A program made the translations under genes and the position numbers. DNA of 64,000 nucleotides from the human T2T-CHM13v2.0 reference genome, Homo sapiens: assembly GCF_009914755.1 (NCBI RefSeq), contig NC_060935.1; one strand, written 5' to 3'. The notes beneath the pieces were generated by a model that was given only the letters and a program-made list of their open reading frames with translations, was not told the origin of the DNA and made no database searches. This document shows, piece by piece, positions 44,981 through 57,651 of the stretch. Position 1 is the first letter of the stretch, and each line of letters begins with the position of its first letter.

Positions 44981-46321
44981 GAAACTTATTTTTTGAAGAG
45001 CGTGTTTTGACCAGAATAAATATGTGAATTATATATGTAAGAAGTTGAAAAACTGTAAATCTTATCAGCTTCTGGTTAAATGTGTGATTTGTCTGTGAAG
45101 ACATTTAAAAAAACAACAACAACAACCATGAACTTTGTCTACTCCAGAATGATCTATGGTTTTCAAGTATACTGAAGTAAGATGGACTCTATTTGAGGAA
45201 AGTAAACTGCCACCATGAGTTAAAACATGTCTAAAGCCATGGCTTTTTATTTTTTTTATTTTTTTCCAGAATGGATTTTCCAAGAAACTTCACTTTCAAG
45301 GATAAGTAAGATCTTGACAGGCTGAATTAAGCAACATATCAAGGAGGGAAAAAAAGATACCTAAAATGAAACATACCACATATAGTTTCTAGTGGGAGAA
45401 ATGAGCATGGAGGGAGTCTTTTGAGCCAGTTCCACCTTGAGACAGTGCTTCAGAATCAAGAAGGGGAAGAATCTATCACAATTCCCATTTTAGTAAAGTT
45501 TCTGCATGAGGTTTCTTAAGTTAATCTGTATAATTTTAAGTTTGGCAACTTTTATACTAAATGTTTTGTTTCAAATACAAAAATATAGCAGTAAAAGTAT
45601 ATAAAGTAATATATAATATAGGAAAACTGAAAGACATAATATCTCTCAATTTGGACATTTCCTTATTAGATGCTGCTAAGTAAAATAGAAAAATGTTTAC
45701 TGGTGAAATAAGCTGTGTCTAGACCTTAATTTTTAAAGATGGCCACATGTTTTATCTCTGGCTTATATAATCATGCAAATTATTATAAAAAATGCATTTG
45801 GGAATATGGAAAAGGCATATTTTAACCTATGCAAAGAGTATTACCCTGGATGAGGTTATATTTTCCTTTAATTTTCAGAGAGATTTTTGTTATGTTCAGA
45901 TGATGCTGAAACCCTGTTTGGATCTATATTCTATAAAATCAATTTTAAGTTGCTTAAACAATAGGAGGAGGGAACATAATACATATTTATTATACTACAC
46001 ACAATATTTGCTATACCCATGCATTCTTATGCATTTTTACCATGTTATAGAATATATCAGTTCTCCCTAAAGCCCAAAATGGGTATTCTTTTGTAATATG
46101 CTTGGATAAAGTAAAATTATGTTTTTAAAAAGAAATAACAAGTTTCTAATGTTTTAAACAAGAATATAATAAGCAAATGGTTTGATCTGAGAATAATATT
46201 GGCTTATCAAAGATTGTGAAAGGATGTTGTATTAGAGTAAACAATAGTTGCTTTGAAAAAAGAAAAATAACTTGAAAGAGTTAAAGTAAGGAAGAATTTG
46301 AAGTTAAAAACATCAGAATAA

Positions 46322-46619
<298 letters not shown>

Positions 46620-46892
46620 TCAGAATAAACTCATGATTCTAAAAGACTCTGATTGTCATAAGAACATTTGAAGCAGCTGTTGATGTCACCCTGCCCGCAG
46701 TGGAAGCATGGGAAATAATCTACTCAATAATCAGACTTGGGTCTTATGCTGGTTTGCCACAGAAGGTATCACCAGATAACTTGGGCCACATACTAGAAAA
46801 TCAAGATAAGTATGGAATAGACTGTTGTAACAAGAAAACAAGAATACCTCCATAGATGATTCAAGTATTTAAGAAAAAAAAAAGACAAAAAA

Positions 46893-47986
46893 GCTTAGTC
46901 TGTTTTGTGCTGCTATAACAGAATACCTGAGATTCAGTACTTTATAAAGAACAGAAATTTGTTTCTCACAGTTCTGGAGTCTATAAAGTCCAAGATCAAA
47001 GTTCTGTCATCTAGTGAGGACTTTCTTGTTATGTCCTCACATGGTGGAAGGCAGAAAGGGGTAAACCCACTCCCACAAGCACTTTTTATAGCAGCATTAA
47101 TCCATTCATGAGGGCTATGAAAATTGTCAAAATCAAAATGGAGTCACTTGTGTTAAAAACCCTGACAAATAGAGCTGAGGAAGGGTATGAAGGAGGGATT
47201 CTTGTGCACGAATTCTTGATATCACAAAAGACTTTGCAAAACCACAGCCTGCACAAAAGCCATCACAACTTTACACATAAAAAAAAATGCTTCTGGCCGG
47301 GCGCGGTGGCTCATGCCTGTAATCCCAGCACTTTGGGAGGCCGAGGCAGGCAGATCATCTGAGGTCGGGAGTTCGAGACCAGCCTGACCAACATGGAGAA
47401 ACCCCATCTCTACTAAAAATACAAAATTAGCCGGGCATGGTGATGCGTGCCTGTAATCTCAGCTACTCAGGAGGCTGAGGCAGAAGAATTGCTTGAACCC
47501 AGGAGGCAGAGGTTGCGATGAGCTGAGATCACACCATTGCACTCCAGTCTGGGCAAAAGAGCGAAACTCCATCTCAAAAATAATAATAATAATAATGCTT
47601 CTGAGAGGACATCTGCCTAGCAACTCTCTGTCCAATCTTGGACTGGCACCACCTTTGTTATTAATCCTTGTAGTCAACAATAATTATCTCAGAACAATTA
47701 TATAATCCTCCTCATTTTTCCTTTAAAAACCTTTGTCTTCCTTTACCTCCTGAATATATACATAATTTACTGTGGAAGACATACACATTCCCATTGTAAC
47801 GCCTATTCCCAAATAAACATCATTTTCTTCTAGAGAGTCTTCCTCTCCATTTGTTATTTAGGTTGACAGGTCAGAGTTCTCATGACCTAAACAACTCCCA
47901 TTAGGCCTCATTTCCCTCCCAAAACCGTTGCAATGGGGACTACATTTCCAACACATGAATTTTTGGAGACACACTCAAATCATAGC
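46893..47986 (-). mobile_element. MST MaLR LTR split by an ERV1 LTR (MER65-like, 47116-47868, +), which itself contains an Alu
   Basis: MST sequence resumes across GGGC/GGTC flanks; inner LTR tatgaaaattgtcaaaatcaaaatggagtcac...ggttgaca. Confidence 0.7.
47295..47595 (+). mobile_element. Alu (Sp-like) nested in an LTR
   Basis: Alu consensus match; flanks aatgcttct. Confidence 0.93.
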
Positions 47987-49539
47987 AAAAAAAAAAAAAA
48001 AAACACGTTGAAAAGAGCTCCCATATACCAAGAAGTGACAGGTAAGCATCAGGAGAAAACCTACCAGCCAGCAATTGATACCAATTCAGTCTTTAAAAAG
48101 AGCCATGAATTCATAACTATTCTAAAAATGAAAGGTAGGAGAAGGGAAATCATACTAAAAAGTAAGATATGTATCTTTCAAATTAGCTTTACAAAATTAT
48201 GGAATAATGATCAAGTTAACTGAATCAAACATTCGGAGAGTTGGTCAACACAGATGTTAACAATTTCAAATGGTATGCAAACATAAGAAGGGTACATTTG
48301 TAATTTTTTTTAAGTTTAAGAGTATTAAAATACATTTTGACTAGCCAGATTTAGAGATATCTAAAGGTTAGGGCAAAACAGGTAGACTGTTGGGGAAAGT
48401 GGGTAAAGAAATCAGAATAAACCAGGCATGTAAATACATAAAGAATACAGGAAGTAATAATGATATCATAAAATTAATGCTACATTTAATAATCCACATT
48501 ACTTTAGAATGGTCTAGTCCATGAGTCTCTGTGAAATAAAAGGAGTTGTTTAAATTGGGTTGGACTGCTCTGTCTTCATTCTGTGTTGGAGAGAGGAAGA
48601 TCTATAGAAGTCCAGAAACAATATGACTCATAATAGGGGATCATCTCAAACCTATCTTCTCTAATAAACCAGACTTCCTAACAAAATGTCCATGCTTAAG
48701 ACACAGGTTATGGATTAAAGAAAATAACTATCAGAATAATTAAGCTCAATCTCATAGGACCGGGGGTAGGGGATGATTGTTGGACTCTTGTTTTAAAATG
48801 ACTGAATAAAGACTGTGCTTTCCACCATCATGTTAAAAATAATTCTAAAATAGAAAAGAGACCATGAATGCAAACTCTGTCTGCCTTTGATGAAACTAAG
48901 AAATATCTGAAACCACAAGGATAGATGTCAAGACAGTACAGAACACTTTAGTGTTGGAAATGCTTGTGGAATAGACAGCATTCGCGTTCTCTTCAATGCT
49001 GAGGTTATATGATTCCTCTGCTCACAATAAAGGAAAATCAAAAGGACGTCTAGTTCTTAACTAGGGAAGAAGTTTCCTGCCAGGAATGTATATATTTTTG
49101 CCCATGTAAGAGGCATGTCAAAGCAGAAAGTGGGCATATTATGTTAGATTATCCTGCCCATTATCTTTATCCAGTTTCTACTATTCTATTGCATTATACC
49201 TAGTTTAAGATCTTACTTTGGCTTCCCATGTAGACTTTGTTGAAGGATGAAAAATGTTTTGAATAGCTAGCTAGACTATTCCAGTCACTTGGCCATTAGA
49301 TTTCTTCGGGAAATTAATGAATCCAGCAATCAAATTAATCAGTGTTTTCTGAGTGCAGTTATTGCAGATCAGCCTAATCTTGCTGGAATGCAAGATAAAT
49401 TTGTGTTTCTGGCCTGAAAAGTTGAAAGCCAAAGTGAATGTTAATGATCCACTAATGTACCTTCCGTCTGCTTAAATAGCTGCTAAATGCCACATGTGCT
49501 GGATGACAAGTTGGTATTCTGTCATTGTCTCCACTTCCT

Positions 49540-49840
49540 TTATTTTACTTTTTTAAAGGCAAGGTCTCATTCTGTCACCCAGGCTGGAGTATAGTGCCAT
49601 GATCATAACTCACTGCAACCTTAAAATCCTGGGCTCAAGCAATCTTCCCACCTCAGCCTCCCAAGTAGCTAGGACTACAGGTGTGCCCCCATGCCCAACT
49701 AATTTTTTTTTAAACTTTTTTGTAGAGACAGGGTTTCACCATGTTACCCAGGATGGTCTTGAACTCCTGGCCTCAAGCTATCCACTCACATCAGCCTCCC
49801 AAAAGGCTAGGATTACAGGCATGAACCACTGCACCTGGCC
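49540..49840 (-). mobile_element. Alu (J)
   Basis: Diverged Alu. Confidence 0.9.
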
Positions 49841-50902
49841 ATTAATGTTTAACAATATTAATAATAACAACCAGCAGTGATAATGGAGAACATAATATAA
49901 CAAAATGAGCTATGAAGAAATTTAACTAATTTTGTTTTAACTTGATCTTATTATTTGCTGCTATAGACAACTCAGGAAGAAATAAACATTAATATACCCT
50001 TCCCTTGCAAAATTAGTCAAGCCTTTGGGTTTCTAGGGGTCAAGATGTTTTATACGGAAAATGCACACTTAGTTCTTAATTCTAATTGTGGGTTGAAAGG
50101 GGAAAATCAAGTAGATTTCCAGGAATTTGAAAAAACAAGAATTTATTTTTCCTTGGGGACAGAGAACTGAGTCTGCTCATACCAGTCCCATTGAGACGGC
50201 CAAACCTTGAAAGGGGCACAGTCTGAGCACCAGGGTTGGGAGCCTGCAGGAGAAGGGTTGAATTTCCCCAGACCAAATGGAGCTACTGCAGAGCCGCCTT
50301 CCATGGAAGGACCCCTGCCCGCTACACCTCCTCTACCCTAACTGTCCCCAATATATTGCCGGTCAGGCTGACCTCCGGGTAATTAGAGGAGGCACCAACG
50401 AGGACACTGGCTCCCCGACACTGACATCGTGTGGTCATAAGGAGCAAGGGCAGCAGAGACATGCAAAGGCTGAGAGATGGTATGAGCCCCCTGGTACTGC
50501 ACAGTCTCGAAAACGGGAAGATAACTAAAATTGCTAATCATCAACTTCCCAACAGCATGGCAGGCATGTGGGGGCTTAAACTCTTCTTATTGAATCCATG
50601 AAAATAAAAATGTGACACCACTCAAACTCAAGTGTCAAGGAGTAATTCATACGTGTAACTCTGGTCCCAATATTACTCCCCAGTGTCCTTATCTAAAGAA
50701 CACCCCCACAAACCTTATCTGTATCCTTAGTCTGTTTTCTTTTTCTTCAGAGCTCATAACCAGAATGCCCTTGTGGTTCATGTGCTTACTTGTTTTATCT
50801 GGCTTACATGTTTACTTATTTATTACCTGTCTCTTCCTACTGGAATTTAACTCTATAGAGGTATGGATCTTCTCTTTCTTATGTGCCACTGTATCCTCAG
50901 AT

Positions 50903-51216
50903 TTTATTTTATTTACTTTATTTGTTATTATTTTATTTTTTGAGACAGACTGTCGCCCTGTTGCCCAGGGTGGAGTGCAGTGGTGCAATCTGCAGCCTCT
51001 GCCCCCTAGACTTAAGCAATTCTGGTGCCTCAGCCTCCCAAGTAGCTGGGACTACAAGTGTGCACCACCACATCTGGCTAACTTTTTGGGTATTTTTAGT
51101 ACAGACGGGGTTTCGCCACGTTGGCCAGGCTGGTCTCAAACTCCTGGAGTCAAGCGATCTGCCCGCCTCAGCCTCCCAAAGGGCTGGGATTACAGATGTG
51201 AGCCACCACGCCTGGC
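50903..51216 (-). mobile_element. Alu (J/S)
   Basis: Alu consensus match; flanks gtat(c/t)ctcagatttta. Confidence 0.9.
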
Positions 51217-51776
51217 AGTATTCTCAGATTTTAAAATAGCACCTGGAAGACCCTAAGAGTTCAGTAAGTTATTTGTTGAATGAGTGGACAAATAAATTAT
51301 ATACCTGAAGCTTATGGAGCAAAAACTGTACTCCGGCAATGTGCTGGGCACTTGATTTATGTCACTTAATCTTTCCAACAATCTAAGTAAGGGGCTATAA
51401 TTATCTCATTTTATAGATAAGGGAACAGAGAACCCAAACTACCCACCGCTGAGCTCTACTGCCCCTTGCCATTCCTGTTTTCCATCTCACTATTTACCAT
51501 TTCCAAGAACAATTCCTTATATATCTCCCACTTTTCCTCCTTCAGGTTGGGTCATGCCCCTTCCCCATTTGCTCTCAAAATAACTTACATGTAACCATCA
51601 TTCATTACAATTGGTGATGGTATCTCCCTCTAAATCCCGAGCTCCCCAAGGTGTTCATGAGACCTAGCATAGGGCCTGGAACAAAGTAGGTATTAAAAAT
51701 GTTGTTATATGATAGTGACTGAATGAAGGAGTAGGTGACTGTGCTCCTCATCCTTAACCACCACTCCCACTTCCAG

Positions 51777-52086
51777 TTTTTTGTTTTTCCTTTTTTTTTT
51801 TTTTTGAAACATGGTCTCATTCTGTCACCCAGGCTGGAGGGCGGTGGCATGATCTTGGCTTACTGCAACCCCTGCCTCCTGAGCTCAAGTGATCCTCCCA
51901 CCTCAGCCCCCCAAGTAGCTGGGACTACAGGCACAAGCCACCACATCCAGCTAATTTTTGTAATTTTTGTAGAAATGGGGTTTCATCATTTTGCCAAGGC
52001 TGGATTTGAGCTCCCAAGGTCAAGTCCTCCACCCACCTTGGCCTCCCAAAGTGCTAAGATTACAGGCATGAGCCACCGTGCCCAGC
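51777..52086 (-). mobile_element. Alu (J)
   Basis: Diverged Alu. Confidence 0.9.
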
Positions 52087-53384
52087 CCCTTCTGTAATAT
52101 TCTTGCTTTACTGCAGCAGGGAACTCTCCTCAGCCCCTCAAGAAGGTCTACCGTGTGCCAGACACAGTATTTGGTGTGGGAAATACAGAAATTAATAAAA
52201 CTGTCCCTACTGCAAGAGTCACAATCTAGTAGATCGGAGGGGGCGTAACCACAAATCCTCACAATCAGTGCAGTTAGCACTAGAGGTGTGCAAGTGGTGC
52301 TTTGAGAGAAGGAAGAGAAATACCTGGCCCTGAAACAGGTGTGCTTTACTGAGTTTGGCAGGATAGCAGGGATGACAGTGAGAGCACAGAGCTCAGTGTG
52401 ACTCAATGGTAGCACAAGGGGAAGTGGTGAGAGATGAGGCTACAAAAATAGGCAGGGACCAGATCACAAAGGGCCTTGAAAATAATTATAAAGAGCTTGG
52501 TCTTTATTCTGAAGATAATGGGGAGACACTGAAATATTTGAATCAAGAATGATGTGATGAGATTGGCAGTTCAAATACCGGTCAAGTGAAAGGCCTGAAA
52601 TAAGGCAGCGGCTGTATTAGAAAAGTGGACAGATTGCAGAGGTAAAATCATTAGAATAGCTGTTTCCATGTGGGAGGGGGATGAGAGAAAGTCCTTGAGC
52701 CGACAAGGACTCCCAAGTTTCTCTGTGGATGATGGTATATTGATTTTTTTTGTCATCATTGGTAAAGAAAACACAAGAGGGGGAAATATTCTGAACCATA
52801 CCTAGTAGGGCCTGCCACATAGTAGGTGTTCAATAAATAGCTGTTGAACGAAATGGAATTTAAAAGGTAGAAGATACTTGCTACTTTTGAAGCACTTTTC
52901 AACTGTGGCTCAAGACAGTGGTATGGGGTGTACGCAGCTGGTAGGGGAGGCCTAGGCATGAATGTCAACCGAAAAGTACCCTGAGTAAAAAGAGGGCCAA
53001 GAAAGGAATCCTGGAAAACTCAACTTTTAGGAGGTGCCAAGGAAAGAAAAGACTAAGAGGAAAACCATTAGTTGACACTGAGTAAGCACCTACAGCAAGG
53101 ACTATACTGGATGCTAAAAAAAAACACACACACACTCACACAAAAACAACAACAACAACAACAAAAACTGCAACTGTGTGTTCCCATGAGGAAAGTGTTT
53201 AAAGAGCAAGTGGTCAGAAGGATATTTCTATGTGTCACTGGAGGCTAGAACCCAGGACTCCGTGGAAACTGGAGAAATTGTACGATTCCAGGTTCCAACA
53301 TTTGTCTTATTCCTTGTAACTGCCTTCCCACATCCAACCGCTTCCCCATCCCTTCTCACGGAGTCTGGTTCGGGTGAAATTACT

Positions 53385-53390
53385 TTTATT
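53385..53390 (-). terminator. CAVIN3 distal polyadenylation signal
   Basis: TTTATT on + (AATAAA on -) ~200 nt after the stop; a second one lies at 53536-53541. Confidence 0.7.
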
Positions 53391-53585
53391 GATGGTGAGC
53401 GCAAGCAGGTGTGAGTGACTGCACCTCTTTCAGAGGACACAGGACTGGGCTTAAGGAAGGGAGGGCCAGAGCGCCCGCCTTGGTGGATGTAGGATTCGCT
53501 CCTTATTAGGGCGTGAGTGCTACATTCTGAAAGGATTTATTTTGGGACAAGGCACAAGCACAGGGGAGGCAGGCAACACCAGCCC

Positions 53586-53987
53586 TCAGGCTACACTCTC
53601 CATTTGGAGCAGAGCTTCTTCGGCAGCCCCAGGTCTCCCGGGATCTTCCTCGGTGTCCTGCGGAGGCTCTGGCTCCAGCGTGGGCTCCAGCGCAGGCTGG
53701 GCTTCCGGCTGGGCTTCTGCGCTCCGGCCAGGCCCAAGGCGAGGCGGCTTGACCGGGGTGGGCGGTGGCGCTGCAGGGCCTTTCCGGCCCGAAAGGGCCC
53801 TTCGGAGGCTCTGTACCTTCTGCAATCCGGTGCGCCGCAGCCGCTGGGCCCTGGACTCCACCGGCTCCTCGTCCGAGCTCTCTCCAACTTCGGCCTCCGG
53901 CTGCTCTGGGCCCAGCTCGGACTGGTCCGCCGGGCCCAAGGGCTCTGGTGCCTTCTGGAAAGCGCTGGCTGGGACTTCACCCTCCTC
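53586..53987 (-). CDS. CAVIN3: CAVIN3 coding exon 2
   Basis: Acceptor catgcag|GAG; [12 protein letters not shown]...[24 protein letters not shown] (HR2)...QMESVA stop; total 261 aa with exon 1. Confidence 0.97.
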   Translation of the reverse strand, partial: EEGEVPASAFQKAPEPLGPADQSELGPEQPEAEVGESSDEEPVESRAQRLRRTGLQKVQSLRRALSGRKGPAAPPPTPVKPPRLGPGRSAEAQPEAQPALEPTLEPEPPQDTEEDPGRPGAAEEALLQMESVA

Positions 53988-54079
53988 CTGCATGTGACGG
54001 ACACAGCACTGATCCTGGCAGCTCCTTACCCCCAGCAGCCCGAAACTCACTCCTTAATTACACAAGGGAAACCTTTTAC

Positions 54080-54175
54080 CTCCGCAGCCAGAGTCTGGGG
54101 GGAAAGGCAGGCGTGGGAAGGTAAGGGGAGGGAAAGCTGCGTGCGAACTGCAAAACGCTGTAAAGTAGGTGAGGC
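54080..54175 (-). CDS. CAVIN3: Candidate in-frame CAVIN3 cassette exon (96 nt, 32 aa)
   Basis: Minus-strand acceptor ctatcctcttctcgcccctcaccag| and donor GAG|gtaaaa; phase 0/0, no stop. Confidence 0.6.
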
Positions 54176-54515
54176 CTGGTGAGGGGCGAGAAGAGGATAG
54201 TGCCCGCAGTCACGGAATGCCCTTTCAACCACCGTTATTTTAGGGATTGGCTGGGACTCAGACCAAATTCTGCGGACGTGGCCTGAGCTAGAGCTGGGCG
54301 GGCTTGGATTGGCCAGGCGGGGCTCAGGCGTGAGAGGGAGGGATGGGGCTGGGTCTTGGGAAGTGGGTGCGGCTCTGTGAGTCTGTTCCACAGCAACAGA
54401 CGGCGGGAGGGGTCAGGAATGTGGGTGTGGTAGGTGGATGGAAGCGGGGAGCCCCCAGCTGGTGGCCCACAGGCCGGCAAAGGCCTCGGATTGGGGACCG
54501 TTTGAGGTCACTGAC

Positions 54516-54899
54516 CTTGAAGAGCAGAACGTGGAGCTTCCCGCGCGCCACCAGCAGCCCGTGGTTGGCCTCCAGCCGCTGCACCTGGGCTGCGCGGCGC
54601 ACCGCGCGCTCTTGGGCGGCGTTGGCGTGCGAGCTCACGCGCTCCGCCTTGGCCAGCAGCTGCGCCAAGGTGTTGCTGGTGGTGTCGTGGCTGCGACTCA
54701 GAGCGCCCAGGCCGCTCTGGATGCGGCGCACGGACCCTGCCAGGCCTCCCTGCCTTCGAGCCAGGCCTCCCTGCCGCTCCCGCAGAGTCTCCAGCATGGA
54801 GGCCAGCTTCTCCAGCAGGGTCACCACCGTCACGGCGTGCACGGGACCCCCCGCCGGCGCCTCGGGCACAGGCCCCGGCTCCAACGCACTCTCCCTCAT
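54516..54899 (-). CDS. CAVIN3: Caveolae-associated protein 3 (cavin-3/SRBC/PRKCDBP), coding exon 1
   Basis: ATG at 54899; [32 protein letters not shown]...GKLHVLLFK (cavin HR1 coiled coil), 128 codons; donor AAG|gtcagt. Confidence 0.97.
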
Positions 54900-55922
54900 G
54901 ATCCCTGACCGCTCTGCTCCGTCTGCCTGCAACTGCTGGCTGCACTACGGTCAGGGGCCTCCTTTCCCTGGCTCCTCCCCAGCTCCAGCTGTGACTCAGG
55001 CAGGCGGAGTTGGCCTTCTGGGGCGGCGGGAGGGCGCGAGGGCGTGGGGATGTTGGCAGCGGGGTCTCTTGAAAGCGTTTCGCCTTCCGCTGTCCCGCGC
55101 CGGGGGCCTGCTGGGAAGCCTGTTGGCCCCAAATCGGCCCCCTGCAAACCCTCTCACTCTGAGTTTGAGTTACCCTCCTCCGCTCCAATTCCCTGGTGTG
55201 CCTGTTTCAGGTCTCCACTGCAAAGGGCGAGTCACGGAAATTTTTATTTCATGCATCTTAGTGGGCGCAGAGACTGTGTTGGCACGGCAAAGAGATAACC
55301 AGAGGGGCCTCCGTCGCCGTCCACTTTCGGCCTCCCACACCAGTGAAGATGGCCCCCAGGCTGGATGCAGGCGACAGGGAGGCCCTGGAACATTCTGCTT
55401 ACAGATCGCGAACTGTCAAGGCCCGAGGCCCCGCTTTGTGACTTGGACAGGCTGCTCATTGTGGGCTGGCGGGCGGGGCATCCTCTGGTGTTTTCCTAAT
55501 AGTCATCTCCAGGGTTTAGCCGCAGGCTTCGTTTCCTGCTTCTTTATTTCGTCCTCTTGGGTAGCATTATCTGGTTTCTTTTCTCTAGTTTTCTGCCCTC
55601 TCTTTCTTTGGGTTTCACTGGTAAATCTCAGCCGCCCCGGCCCCAGCACCCAAGCTTGGAGGATAAGCAGGACACCTTCACCTCTTCTTTTAAAATCCTT
55701 AAAAGCGTTAGACTAGGCACTGGTCTTTGCTTTGATAGAGGTTACTTGGGCTCCTGCCTGACTTTTTTTGCTTGTTTGTTTGTTTCTTGTGTTCTGTGGA
55801 ACTGCGGAGAGTAAAGATTTGAAATTGCTGCTGCAGAGAGGGAGAGAGTGGGCATGGAGGATCCAGTTAATGATGTGGATTGTGAATTTCTAATGTCAGC
55901 AGTTCGAAACATCCCATGCCTT

Positions 55923-56233
55923 AGCCGGGCGCGGTGGCTCATGCTTGTAATCCCACCACTTTGGGAGGCCGAGGGGGGAGGATCACGTGAGGCAGGGAGT
56001 TCCAGACCAGCCTGGGCAACATGGCAAAACCCCGTCTCTACTAAAAATACAAAAATTAGCAGGGCGTTGTGACACACGCCTGTAATCCCAGCTACTCGGG
56101 AGGGCTTGAGGCAGAAGAATCGTTTGAACCTGGGAGGCAGAGATTGCAGTAAACCAAGATTGCTCCACTGCACTACAGCCTGGAGGACAGAGCAAGACTC
56201 CATCTCAAAAAAAAAAAGAAAAGAAAAAAGAAA
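55923..56233 (+). mobile_element. Alu (S) upstream of CAVIN3
   Basis: Alu consensus match; flanks atccc(a/g)tgcctt. Confidence 0.93.
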
Positions 56234-57329
56234 ATCCCGTGCCTTGTTTGTAGCAATACTTGGCAAACCGTCTCACAAATGCAAGTAATCCATTAATCCT
56301 GATGATCTCTCTCCCTCTTCCTCTTCTCACTGAACCTGTGAGGGCCACTTGTTGACAACTGTGGAAGAAACTTGTGTCACTCTGGAAATAGTTACATGGG
56401 CCTGAAGTGCCACAGACGTGGGCAGCTAATGCCAGAAATCTGGTGATGCTAAGCTGATGGCTGATTTCTACAAATACAAGGCCATAAGCCTGACCCCTGC
56501 TGCTTAATACAAGAGAAAATAAGCTCTCTTGGGAATCTGGTGGGAATCACCATCTCTTCCAGTGAAACTACATTTACCCAGAGAGATCCATCAGGGATGT
56601 ACCAGTTAAAATGCTTTCAGACTGAGGGAACAAAAACTCAATTCAAACAGTACTTAGTAACAGGAAACTCAATTCAAACATAATTGAAAAAGAGGATTGG
56701 TAGAGTGGTGATTAAGTGTGAGTCATTCACAGCTCCAAATCTGGTTTTCTACAGTTCTCTCCACTGCTCAACTATGAGCCCCATCCCGCACCTCTCACAC
56801 TCCCCCATGTCCCCCACACACCCCCTACCCATGTGTATGTGCCCACATACGCACAGGTGTCAGCTTCATTCCAGGCCTCACAACTCTGCACAAGATCTTA
56901 AAAAAAAAAGGGGACCATCTTAAAATTTAGGACATTTATTTCCCAGAAGCCTCCCAGAATTTTTACACTTGCCTTCCACTGGGTTACATGGCTTTTCCAA
57001 ATCCAAATTCTATGGCTACAAAAATGACATGCATTGATGGGTTTAGGCCTATGTTCCCTAACCAATCACTGACAAGAAATCTAATAATTGGCTTTTGACA
57101 AGTTAGATCAATTCTGAAGTAGAGTAGATTCAGCTTCCCCAGGAGTATTAGGGTGGTATGGGAGGAAAAGTGGATATCTGTACAAAAATCTGGGTACTAC
57201 TGGGAATGGATATTAATATTACAGGAAGCCTATGAAAGAATCACCAGCTTTGATGAGTGGGGCTAAGGAAATTCAGTGCATTTGGAAGTAAGAAGTACTT
57301 GCATAGATACTTGGATAGATTTGGATAGA

Positions 57330-57623
57330 TTTTTTTTTTTTTCCTGAGACCAAGTCTCGCTCTGTCACCCAGGCTGGAGTGCAAACGCGCGATCTTGGCT
57401 CACTGCAACCTCCGCCTCCCAGGTTCAAGCAATTCCCCTGCCTCAGCCTCCTGAGTAGCTGGGATTACAGGCACGCGTGACCACGCCCAGCTAATTTTTG
57501 TAATTTTAGTAGAGGCAGGATTTCACCATGTTGGTCAGGCTGGTCTTGAACTCCTGACCCCATGATCCGCCCACCTTGGCCTCCCAAAGTGCTGGGATTA
57601 CAGGCGTGAGCCACCGCGCCCAG
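57330..57623 (-). mobile_element. Alu (Sg/Sc-like)
   Basis: Alu consensus match. Confidence 0.93.
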
Positions 57624-57651
57624 CATAGACAGATATTTTTTTAAAACCTGG

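Larger units (their letters stand above)
53600..55530. promoter_or_regulatory. CpG island over the CAVIN3 gene and promoter, with an AP-1 site (TGACTCA 54992-54998) and GC boxes (~55021-55040)
   Basis: High GC and dense CpG compared with the flanks; motifs read directly. Confidence 0.8.

Noticed and set aside
50612-51256. 214-aa hydrophobic ORF, and similar Alu-containing ORFs elsewhere
   Set aside because: Made of Alu and old repeat-like sequence; a typical spurious translation
53517-54182. Overlapping + strand ORFs (221, 151, 119 aa) on CAVIN3 exon 2
   Set aside because: Antisense shadow frames in a CpG island; low-complexity products
54900-54932. N-terminal extension [11 protein letters not shown] in the ORF track
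   Set aside because: It starts at a non-ATG codon; the first ATG at 54899 gives the known 261-aa protein
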